This document shows positions 11,604 through 21,295 of a stretch of DNA of 64,000 nt, one piece after another; position 1 is the stretch's first letter, and every line of letters starts with the position of its first letter. The stretch comes from Spizellomyces punctatus DAOM BR117 (Eukaryota): the NCBI GenBank assembly GCA_000182565.2, contig KQ257466.1. One strand, 5' to 3'. The position numbers were made by a program, and so were the translations under genes. The notes beneath the pieces were generated by a model. It had not been told where the DNA came from, searched no databases, and saw only the letters and a list, made by a program, of their open reading frames with translations.

Positions 11604-12146
11604 TGTAACAGGCTAGCAGGGACAAGAAGACAACAGAAAACTAGGGAAGACTTGGTTACTACTTGTTCTCCCTTTGAGCGGCCTCAGAGAGGTCCTCTTT
11701 TTATAGACAAAGGGGCTGACAAATGCTATATCCTAAGGGGCCTCAGAGAGGTCCTCTTTTTATAGACAAAGGGGCTGACAAATGCTATATCCTAACTACC
11801 CAATCAGATCACATGTCATCCTAAACTATTTGTCAGCCTATTGCACCATTTGCAACCAATCAGATCTTGTACATGTCATCCTAAACTATTTGTCAGCCTA
11901 TTGCACCATTTATAGCCAATCAGAAGTGAGAGAAGTCATCCTAAATACACTGTGCCACTTGATTGAAAGGGGCAGATGCCAGTGTGTCAGAATACTCATC
12001 TAATTTAGCCAGAAATGGCTAAATCTGCTTATTTATCTAATTCTGGTCAAATGAATGCTGACACCATCAGCAAAGTCATGTGCCCACTAGTTTGGAACCA
12101 CATCTAACCAGTATAACCATAGCACTGACAGAAGAATTCTGTCACA
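11604..12146 (-). repeat. 5' LTR of Gypsy element (543 bp)
   Basis: Same termini as the 3' LTR; carries an extra 59-bp tandem duplication (11678-11736 and 11737-11795). Confidence 0.96.
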
Positions 12147-12151
12147 ATCAA

Positions 12152-12522
12152 CTTGCCGACCATGCTTCCCACGCGCTGAAATTCTATCTCCTTTCATCAG
12201 CGCCAGTTTTTCCCACAGTAAATCAAGAGACGATTGAAGCCATCCTCTATCTTCTCAACAAAGGTGAATCATGGCAACCAAAAACCGGTGCGAAGAAGGC
12301 ATTACGCGAATCCTTGTTGCCATACATTCGTTGGTACTGCCACATCGTTGGCTTCGTTCATCCAAATCTACAAAAAGAGCAGCAATCAGTCAATTACCTG
12401 ACAGCAAGTATGATGGCGAATCTGAAGGTCAACATCCAGGAACACTTCATGATGATGCTGCTCCGGTACATTAATCTGCGGCTCGACGTGAAGGGACAGA
12501 AGCAGCGACTGCCACTGAAAAG
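12152..12522 (+). pseudogene. Fz1: Fanzor1 nuclease, segment 2 (REC region)
   Basis: LADHASHALKFYLL...MLLRYINLRLDVKGQKQRLPLK; in frame with segments 1 and 3. Confidence 0.92.
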
Positions 12523-13122
12523 TGTAACAACGAGGACGTCTTCGAGAGATCGCGAGTAAGCCCAAATCGGACGCAGGAAGCATGAATCGCGTGACCAACT
12601 CCACCGATTGGGTTACCGTGACCGAAAAAACCAGTTCAGAGAATGGCAATTGGCGCATTAGATTTCAGCGTGCCTTGTACAACCTGTGGAGGCCCGAGCC
12701 AGTGTGGAAAAGGAAGAGATTGGTACCGCCACCAATAAATCAGTTGCGGTGCAGTGACACCCATTAGTTTAGTTTAGTTTAACAGTTTATCCAAGAATCT
12801 TGTATAAAAAGGATGTATTCAATAAAATAAGTCAGGGGCAGAAGCCGTAGTGACACTAAATCCCCATAACTCGCTTCTCAACTCCAATCTTAGGTTAACA
12901 GGAACCTAACAGAGTGCTTCAACGGCCTGATCACCTGTACTGAAGCCTCTAAATCCTGCTCGGTTCACAACTAACCGACTCTCCTTGCCTCTTGCCCCCA
13001 AGTCGCTACCGACGCCCAAAGAAAGGATTCGGAGACTATGATTCCTAGTACGGCCACCCACATAACCTGCTAGGAGACCCAAGTCGTCTTTACCGTAGTC
13101 TACCAACAAAAAATCCGCTACA
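12523..13122. mobile_element. Solo LTR (600 bp) of a second LTR-retrotransposon family, nested in Fanzor ORF
   Basis: TGTAAC...GCTACA termini; 4-bp duplication AAAG (12519-12522 and 13123-13126); TATAAAA and AATAAA inside; removal restores the frame (PLK-S-DARKAFF). Confidence 0.85.
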
Positions 13123-13126
13123 AAAG

Positions 13127-14501
13127 CGATGCGCGGAAAGCTTTCTTTGCTCGTCTTCACTACTTGAAGTCGGTTTTCCTTTTCAAAACCATGCCAGAAT
13201 CGCTGGATGACTTGACTGCTGAAGAGAGTGAACTTCTAGAAGAGATTTGGTCCCTTAACATTCCCCTTTCTGACGACCAGCCACTCGCATATTCCGTTGC
13301 TGTAGACCCTCTCGTGTTCTTTCCTGCATACTGTCGGTTGTCAAGCCTATATGAAAAGCATGGATTTCGACAGTTCAGTGCGATACCTCTGTGCCGCTCG
13401 CTCATTCAAAGTCACGTGCGAATGGACACCATCATCCTGTACCAGCATATCCTTTGCATCACGCAGTGAGACACAGAAACTGTCGAAAAGGATGATCTGT
13501 GGTTGCGCGTCTGTAATCTGTGGAACAAGGCTTTTAGATCTCGCCACGGTATGCAGTTTGAAGGCTCGATCACGACGGATGGAACCTCAGTGTCTGTATA
13601 CCTAAAGCACCCAGAAGCAGACAAGTATGGAAAGCGCAGAGCGAGAAAGTCAGCAAACATGGTGGCAGCGGAGGTTAAAGTGCAATACATGGAGAAAAAC
13701 TTACCTGCTTGTCGAGCAGCAGAGAATGTCGTCGTTATCGACCCAAACAAGCACGATATTCTCTACTGCCAAGACAACAGTGGTATGACATTTCGCTACA
13801 CCGCCAACCAGCGAGCTGTGGAGACTGGAAGCCGTCGATTTGCAACAGAACGGCAGCAGATGAAGAAGGAAGCGGGAATGGACCTCATAGAATCACGTAT
13901 CCCTAGTCACAAGACAATGAACCTCATGGACTTCATGCGCTATCTCCTTGTTCGGCGCGCTGATTGGGATCGTCAAAAGGACTTCTATTCGCATCCTGCC
14001 CACACGTGGTGGAAGTGGCATGCATTTATAAACCGTCAGAAGAGTGAATCGAACCTCATATCCAACTTACGCAACAAGTACGGTGAAAACTTTACCATTG
14101 TGATGGGAGATTGGAGCGATGCCGGTTGAACTGCAAGATTTCAGACCTCATCAAAGACGAAAGGTTGGCGCACCCTCTTTAAGCGCAACAGGATCAACTG
14201 CTTCCTTCTCGACGAGTATAAAACCTCATCTGTCTGCCCTCACTGTTCATCCGATGACTTCCTTGAAAAAGGTTTCAAAACACGACCTCATTCAAGACCT
14301 TGGCGACGACGAGAAGGCAAGATTGAAAAAGTCCATGGATTGCTGGGTTGTACCAACCCTAACTGTCAGCAAGCCTGGACGATGCGCTACTGGAATCGAG
14401 ATACGCTGAGCACCTGCAATATGCTGATAATCGTGCAATCAATGTTGGATGGACACAGTAGACCAGAAGTGTTCAGCAGGAGTGTTCCAGCCGTAGCTTA
14501 G
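13127..14501 (+). pseudogene. Fz1: Fanzor1 nuclease, segment 3 (WED, RuvC, zinc finger) with two in-frame TGA stops
   Basis: SITTDGTSVS, RuvC-I VVVIDPN, VMGDWS, RuvC-II LLDEYKTS, CPHC...CTNPNC, RuvC-III WNRD, ending RPEVFSRSVPAVA*; stops at 13467-13469 and 14127-14129. Confidence 0.95.
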
Positions 14502-14515
14502 ATTGGTTAGATTAG

Positions 14516-14604
14516 GTTTTCCGAGCCGGTTGTCGCCGGTTCAATCCCTGGTGCGGGTGCTAGTGCCAATACCCACCGGCTCCGCACTAGCTTGTCCTTG
14601 CAAC
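14516..14604 (+). ncRNA. Fanzor omegaRNA (scaffold 14516-14589 plus about 15-nt guide from flanking DNA)
   Basis: Starts just after the ORF stop and overlaps the right TIR; hairpin GAGCCGG/CCGGTTC and stem GTGCGG/CCGCAC; matches my recollection of the SpuFz1 omegaRNA; guide GCTTGTCCTTGCAAC (guide length assumed). Confidence 0.88.
14560..14589 (-). repeat. Right TIR of Fanzor element
   Basis: CTAGTGCCAATACCCACCGGCTCCGCACTA. Confidence 0.97.
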
Positions 14605-14633
14605 TTAAGTCATCCGCCACTTTTCAACAAACG

Positions 14634-15732
14634 ATGGCTTCCGAAACGATTCCCGCCCGCTTCGGCCATATCCGGCGTTACTTTGCGCTCTTCCTCCTCC
14701 TTACTGTGATTATTGGTGTGAGCGCATACGAGGACACTGTTCCGTTGATTCTATGGAGTGGCAAAAAGTAGCCGTCATGGTGCTCCCTGTCCGTTGAACC
14801 TGCACCTTACTTGAGTCGTCTATTTCTTTTCCAGATTTTCAGTTCCAAGTACCTCCTCCATACTCCGGAGATCAGACTTGTCGCCAGTGTTTGGAAACGT
14901 CGGTTGTCGGAAACTGAATGTGGTCTTTGAACAGAAAGATGTGCGCATGTCGTGTATCTGTCGCTACTCCCCTGCTACATCATTTAACACAAACATTTAT
15001 ATAGCTTCACGCCTTGGATCTTCCTCATTTGTCTCCCGCAACCAAAAAGTTGAAACGATCAGTAGACTCTGCTCCTTCGAGCCTCAAAATATCATTTGTT
15101 GCGGCCGCAAATGATGTGAAAGATGTCGTGGAACATATCCAGGATGCATGCCAGAAAGCTGGGCAGGAGGCTGTCGTTCTGAAAATTGGAGAAGGTATGA
15201 TCGACCACGGAGGGAGAAATAAAACTATCAAGATAATAACGCATGTTTGGTCCCTAATACAGATGGGTCGGTACCTGATCTCAGTGATGGAAAAAGTTAC
15301 ATCCTGGTCGCTAGTTTGAAGCCTCTTCGCGCCGCTTCAGCAGCAGAACACGTCGAGACAATGACCGAAAATGACAACGTTATCGACAAGGTGCTGACCG
15401 ACATCACCAAGCTGGAACAAGACGATTGGACAGCTGTGTTTACCGGTGTATCCAACCCTTCGGTGCGTCCACGCTGTTTGGTTGATGTATTGTTACCTGT
15501 AGACTCACCAGTGCATACGCAATTACAGACGCTGCGAAAGCGAGCTACTCAAGCCACCCCCTTGCCATGGAGCAAGCGCCCCATCTTCCAGAAATACGTG
15601 TTTTTCAATCAAGGTCTCTTCATGTGCATTTTCGCGATGGTGCCTCTCGTGATCATCGGATTACTTGGCGTACGAATCATTAGCAGTATTCAAACGCCCA
15701 CTCGCTATGAAACCAAGAAGAAGGAAAAATAG
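14634..15732 (+). CDS. Voa1/Big1/Ac45-like ER type I membrane protein (multi-exon)
   Basis: Signal peptide followed by VPLILWS; C-terminal IFQKYVFFNQGLFM, TM helix, IQTPTRYE and dilysine tail KKKEK. Confidence 0.75.
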
Positions 15733-15972
15733 GGACTAGAATCCTCTACGCTCATTCTCTTATATGTTGTGCCTGAATATACCTTGCTGTTCGTCTTCAC
15801 GTAAAGAACAAAGTGGACTCTGCATCAGTAATTGTCACGCGTAACAGAATTGCAAACTGTATTGGTATATAGTATGCGAAACAGCTGTAACATGGTGTAA
15901 TTCGGTACTGGAATGCCAAACTTCCGATTTACCTGTGAGTATCAGTATCGACTAAGACTCCAGCGTTCCTGC

Positions 15973-17440
15973 TTAAAGTCGCCATTTGGAAGCTTTTTTG
16001 GACGCCTCCAACATGTGTGTGATATCGCATTTCGTAACGGCACAAAGCGGTTTGTAAGCCAACCTATTGAGATCGGGAAAGAAAACCAACCCTGCCGCTC
16101 GCTCGATTGCTACGTAGATACACAATCAGATTTACAGATAATAAAGGGCATGAAATGGCGCCGGGAAGCTTACCGTCAAGCGGCATAGTAAAAGCTTCAA
16201 GGGATGCAGTGTTTTCAATGGGTTCATTGGGCAGGACGAACCCTTGTAAGGCATGCTCCTTTCCCTTCACACCCAATACAACTGCAAATGTCGTAAGTTA
16301 AAACGTTGGGCGTTCTAAACCGATCAGGGACGCAACTCACCCTTGTAAAAATGCGTCGGAACAGCCGTATTTGGTGGATCGCCGATAACCTCATACTTGA
16401 CGTACGATCGCCCATCTTCTCCTACTTTTGGTAGGTAGAGTGGTCCAGTAATGACATAAACATCGTCAAAGACTTTGGTGAGGGATCGAACAAAGCTCTC
16501 AAAATAGAACCAGTAGTTTCTATTGAATCCCTTTCCGACTTGGGGGCTGATATTTGTTACTGTTCTTTGGCAATATGTAATCAGTGGAAGCGTAGTGTGC
16601 GATGAAGAGGTTGGACGTACAAAGGAAGGTTTCGTTAATAGCTTCTTGTGAATCGCGAACGTCAGCAGCTGGTGCGAGGTGCCCCCTAATAATCTTAAAG
16701 ATTGAGTCTGGAAACAATTGCGAAAAGTCTCGAGTTAGTGAATCCAACAAATTACCGATCATATCCGGTCTTCACATAATCCTTCAGCTTTGCACGGAAT
16801 AATCTTGGAATCCGTAAATCCTCTCTGAAGGTCGAATGACTCCGGTCCGGTTTATCAAGATTCGCTTCATCTACTACTATCAGACTAGTGGAGGAATTGG
16901 ATTTTCCCTCCAGGGTAGCTGCTGTCAGATGCTCTGCTACCTGGGTCGTAATATAAACAAAGCGGGTAGCGAAGCTGTTTCGGACAATAAGCAGTATCGT
17001 ACCCAGTTTGGATTTCTTAAAGAACGATTGTAGGAAGTAACTAATGGTGATAAGCGGTAGTGGCTAGTTGTTAGTCTGGCTGCTTTGTACAAGAGGCTGT
17101 CATTCTATATTCCATACCATATGCTTGGCGGTAGAGGAGATCAGATACTGGCCCTTTGAAGAAGAAAAGGCGACAATAATAATAATGATAAAGCCATTGC
17201 CAGTATATGCCAATATGCACAATTAAAATAACCTGGAAAGCCAAACTTCATGATTTCCTTTGCTTTATGGACTGGTTGTTCAGTCACATCCGTAGGTAGT
17301 GTTGGAGGCAATGTAGCAGGAACATGCGGGACAATTACTTCTGTTTTTTGCGTGCGTTTATACAGTGCAATACCCCCCAGTCCCCCCAGCACAGCTCCAG
17401 CTCCAAATGCCACTGCGGCGGTCAACCTTGATACAGGCAT
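15973..17440 (-). CDS. NUC1: Mitochondrial DNA/RNA non-specific endonuclease (EndoG/Nuc1), multi-exon
   Basis: KFGFPG, RNPNWV, GYDR-GHLAPAAD, GPLYLP...YVKYEVIG and AVPTHFYK across introns. Confidence 0.92.
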
Positions 17441-17582
17441 TGCGTTAGAGAATTCAACAATGGGGTCGTGAGCATGTTCAATCCTCCTTTGCGACCGCGC
17501 CTAGCAACGCTCCCCCAAGTGTGATGTGGTCATCATCCCCGACGAAGGCGTCCTTCCCATCTTGCAGCATTTCTATCCCAAA

Positions 17583-18368
17583 ATGCCCCGTACCCTAATT
17601 CTCCTGACAGGCGCCTCGAGGGGCTTTGGGAAATCTCTCACCCTAGCCCTATCGGCGTCTAAACTCGTAGCACAAGAGACCGACTTGTTACTGACGGCCC
17701 GTAACACTGCTCAGTTGGAAGAAACCAAGGCGGAAGCCCTCGCAGCGGCGTCGTCAAAGTCTCTTCACATTGTAACGCATTCGGCTGATTTTACATCTCT
17801 GGATCTGGACAGCGTTTGCAAAGATTTGTTTGCCAAAATCCCACACCCGGCGACTCAATACGCGCGGGTATATCTTTTCAACAATGCCGGGTCACTGGGG
17901 AAACTCGACAGAATGCGACACCAAACTCCCGATGACATTAGCCCTGCCGTTCATCTGAACCTTACCGCTCCTCTAGCATTGACGTCCGCTTTTCTAAGAC
18001 ACTTTCCCAACCCCACTCAGATCCATATCATCAACATATCCTCATTAGCGGCCATCCAGGCTTTTGACTGTTGGGGCGTTTACTCTGCAACCAAAGCTGC
18101 CCGAGATATGTACCACAAGACCATTGCAGTGGAAGAGCCCAACATAAGGGTATTGAATTATGCACCTGGACCACTGAATACTGATATGCAGACGAGGATC
18201 AGGGAGGAGATGCCGGATGTGCCTTTGAGGGAGGTGTACACTGACATGCATGCTCAAGGCAAGTTGGTTGAACCAACGGTTTCTGCCAAGGTATTGATTG
18301 GATTGTTGGAGAAGGATGAGTATGAGAATGGGGCACATATAGATATCTATGATGTCAAGGGATGGTGA
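17583..18368 (+). CDS. Short-chain dehydrogenase, sepiapterin reductase-like, intronless
   Basis: TGASRGFG, NNAGSLG, NISS, YSATK and YAPGPLNTDMQ. Confidence 0.88.
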   Translation: MPRTLILLTGASRGFGKSLTLALSASKLVAQETDLLLTARNTAQLEETKAEALAAASSKSLHIVTHSADFTSLDLDSVCKDLFAKIPHPATQYARVYLFNNAGSLGKLDRMRHQTPDDISPAVHLNLTAPLALTSAFLRHFPNPTQIHIINISSLAAIQAFDCWGVYSATKAARDMYHKTIAVEEPNIRVLNYAPGPLNTDMQTRIREEMPDVPLREVYTDMHAQGKLVEPTVSAKVLIGLLEKDEYENGAHIDIYDVKGW

Positions 18369-18859
18369 CTTGCCTTTAGTGGGACGGTGGAAAAGGAATG
18401 TTTATTGTAAATGTAAACCCAAATATGAACTCTTGGTTTTCAAGTTTCCTATTTTTAAAAGTAGCTATGCTGGATGAGTGACGTACGTTGACTGTCTTTT
18501 CGTTTAGCAATCTAATCACTTGCATGGTCAGAGCAATGCGGAACGGAAGGAGTGATCTGCACAGCCCATGACCTTGACATTCGCCATTAATGCCTGGGTT
18601 AGTGGCACGATTCTTCGTTGAGCAAAGCAGGAGGATGAGATCACCCAAAGGCTGCTTACACTCTCCTCGGTCGGTTGACCCTTCGTTTCTACATCTTGTT
18701 GTCCGACAACAGCGCAGCAAACGAGGTTGTTCGCTCAGTTCCAGTTGATGTTTTGGTCGTGGCCGATGCTGCGCGATCATGATGAGTCAATCACGGAAAT
18801 TTACCCAATTTTTTGAACTGCCAAAAGTCATTGCTGCTGAATTGCCAAATTCCAACAAC

Positions 18860-19648
18860 ATGTTTGCTAAACGACTCTGCACACATCGACAGAGACTTTT
18901 CAACCCCTTCCCTTCGCACATATCTCGTCGATTCCTCCAAGTACCTGTCAACCAAGTCAAACGAGGGGCGGTCATTGAGCTGCGAGACAGAATATGGGTG
19001 GTAAACAATTACACACACCACACTCAGGGGCGAGGAGGAGCACACTACAAGTTTGATTTGCGGGATGTAACTGGATCTGGGAAGGCGTTGGAGAGGTTTA
19101 ATTCCGGACAGACGGTGGAAGGTGGGGAACTTGGATATTATGGAAGATCAAATTGTTTTGTCTGATTCGTTTCTTTATGCAATAGTTGTTGAGCTGGATA
19201 CAAAAGAGCTGCAGTTCTTGTACCTAGATGACCAAGAGCTGCACTTGCTAGACAATGAAACCTTTGAAGAGCATGCCTTTCCACTTGGTATTTTCAATGG
19301 TATGATCCAGATCTGTGATTTGCGGCCTTTTCATATAATCAGTTGCTTACTCGGGGATAATAAAAAGGCGGTGACAAAGCGATACCGTTTCTGCAAGACG
19401 GAATGCGGATTGAAGTCGATTTTCATGAAACAAAGCCCGTGGTCGTAAAGATGCCAGAGCGAGGTACTTACACCGTGGTGGACACTCCACCTGTTGCGTC
19501 GAGCGGAACTAACGAGAGCAAGGGCACCATGTTCAAAGATGCGACCTTGGATTCTGGGGCTCATGTTATGGTCCCAGAATTTGTCAACATTAGAGATAAG
19601 ATTGTAGTAGATCTTGGAGAGTACAGATATGTTACGAGAGCCAAATAG
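18860..19648 (+). CDS. efp: Bacterial-type elongation factor P with mitochondrial presequence (3 exons)
   Basis: KOW-like start VNQVKRGAVI..., loop TQGRGGA, ERFNS..VE, LQFLYLD, K.ATLDSG..VMVPEFV...DKIVVD...YVTRA; Arg-rich leader lacking acidic residues. Confidence 0.88.
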
Positions 19649-19831
19649 ATGATGGGACAGTTGAGATGGGAACACCAATCTCAAGCATGCGGTTTTCAAA
19701 AAGTTCACAATTGTTCAAAGTGGGTGACATACGGCGAAGATCAGTAAACGTATTACAATATTCTCTGTTAAAACTGATGATGATAATTGACTTGCGATAC
19801 AAAATTTAAAAGAATATCTAGCACAAAACAA

Positions 19832-20398
19832 CTACTTGCTAGATTTGCTCCCTTCACTGACAGGCTCGCGATAAACTACGACTGGAACCTTGGAATGGCT
19901 TAGGACATAACTGCTTACGCTACCCATAACCAAGTTCTTCAGAGCTCCTCGTCCGCGATTGCCAACAATAACCATGCTCGCTCCTAGCTTGTCGGCAGCT
20001 CCCACCAGGACCTCCCTGGGATCGCCCCAAACGAGCCGTGCTTCTACTTTTACGCCGTCCAAATCTTTGGCGTACTTTTGTCGCACATCTTGTACAAGAG
20101 TCTTCATACCATCCATTACATTTTGTTTAACTTGTTCTATGTAGCCGGTAATATCCACTCCAGTATAGAAATCCATCGCGGCCGGTGGGAACGCGCGGGG
20201 GATGGTGTGGAGAATAACGAGGGTGTCATTTGGTTTTAGAAGATGAGTAAAGGTGTACTTTAGCAAGGGCTCTGCATCGGGTGAGTCCAGCCCGAGGAGG
20301 ATAAGTCGTGCGGGCTCCGTGGTTGGTGCAGGAAGGTGGGCCAGTGTGGTAGGTTCCAGAGTATCTGGAGCGGGACCATCGAATACTTGCGAGGACAT
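19832..20398 (-). CDS. Universal stress protein (Usp) domain protein
   Basis: GDPREVL...IVGNRGRGALKNLVMGSVSSYVL..SKVPVVV. Confidence 0.92.
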   Translation of the reverse strand: MSSQVFDGPAPDTLEPTTLAHLPAPTTEPARLILLGLDSPDAEPLLKYTFTHLLKPNDTLVILHTIPRAFPPAAMDFYTGVDITGYIEQVKQNVMDGMKTLVQDVRQKYAKDLDGVKVEARLVWGDPREVLVGAADKLGASMVIVGNRGRGALKNLVMGSVSSYVLSHSKVPVVVYREPVSEGSKSSK

Positions 20399-20533
20399 GT
20401 TTGCTTTTGTTTTGCGCTTGCTATTAGGAGTGCCTCTGTAAAGAAGGGAGAGCAGAAGGAAGGCCTTTTATAAAGCGGAAGCTACAAGATGCCAGTACAC
20501 AGCAAGACGCAGCATGACTCATCGACCGTGTCA

Positions 20534-21280
20534 TAATCGGACGTGATTGAAAATGGCACTAGGACCCATTATTATCCGGATTAATCCGGTTAGTCATATC
20601 GCATAATCAGCACCCCCATCTATCACTCAAAGCGGTGTGGCATGGATGCTAATGTTCTCCAAACTGCGGTGAGGCATGCTAATGTAACGTTTTGTCTTTT
20701 TCAGCTGGACCCCATTTTGCCACAATCGAGGTCTATAAAAGGGGGGCCTTTTGCTGTCTCTCCCCTTCCTCACCAGTTCCTCGACTCTCAAACCATCTGC
20801 GCAACTCTCATCGCGACTCGGTCCAATCATGAGAATGCAGATGTGGTGGTGCCGAGGACCTCGACCGCCCGACAGCAATCGTGATCAGAACCAGCGGCAA
20901 CCAATTGGATCCGATAACAAAACCTACTATTATGCTGCTACACTTGTTGAGCTTGGTTGGTAAGTACCAATGGCATTTCTTTTCATTCTGTCATTCATCT
21001 CGCTGACATGCAGTTTTTAGTCTCCAAGCCTTGTCACTGAAGATCCTCCAGCTTGCGAGTCTCCCCAATGTTGCGAAGACTCTGGCTTCAATGCCATCAA
21101 GAGTTCTGGATCAAGGCCTAGTAGGGACCGTGTGTGGTGGTGGGCAATTATCCGGTTACAACCAACCGTTACGTATTGCGTGTATAATTGTCTAGTAGTA
21201 GCTTAGCTTTTCCGAACCGGTTGTCGCCGGTTTATTCCCTGGTGTAGTAGCTAGTGCCATTTTCTGTCACCTCTACACTA
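20534..21280 (+). mobile_element. Non-autonomous Fanzor-family 'ghost' element (imperfect TIRs, omegaRNA, no nuclease ORF)
   Basis: CATA at 20532-20535; left end GTGATTGAAAATGGCACTAG matches the reverse complement of right end 21251-21270 at 18/20; right end carries an omegaRNA-like scaffold ending in CACTA. Confidence 0.75.
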
Positions 21281-21295
21281 ATCGACAAAAGATGT
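21207..21295 (+). ncRNA. Second omegaRNA-like RNA (scaffold to 21280, guide ATCGACAAAAGATGT)
   Basis: 21208-21280 aligns ungapped to 14517-14589 at 56/73 by hand count, with compensatory stem changes; preceded by GTAGCTTAG as at the Fanzor ORF end. Confidence 0.82.

Larger units (their letters stand above)
5612..12146 (-). mobile_element. Ty3/Gypsy LTR retrotransposon (chromovirus), full length, nested in Fanzor ORF
   Basis: TG...CA LTRs 5612-6100 and 11604-12146; 5-bp TSD ATCAA (5607-5611 and 12147-12151); PPT, PBS-like site, gag with CCHC, and pol RT-RH-IN-chromodomain. Confidence 0.97.
5127..14589 (+). mobile_element. Spu-1-type Fanzor1 DNA element (about 2.3 kb once two nested LTR insertions are removed)
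   Basis: Perfect 30-bp inverted repeats 5127-5156 and 14560-14589 including terminal TA; CATA at 5125-5128; encloses a Fanzor ORF and omegaRNA scaffold; no transposase gene. Confidence 0.95.

Noticed and set aside
12080-12559. ORF 12080-12559 (and 5468-5686) as independent genes
   Set aside because: Chimeras of LTR sequence and Fanzor segments.
20532-20543. Ghost guide (ATCGAC...) resembling its own left junction CATA-ATCGGAC, suggesting self-targeting
   Set aside because: Only 4 contiguous matching bases; cannot be distinguished from chance.
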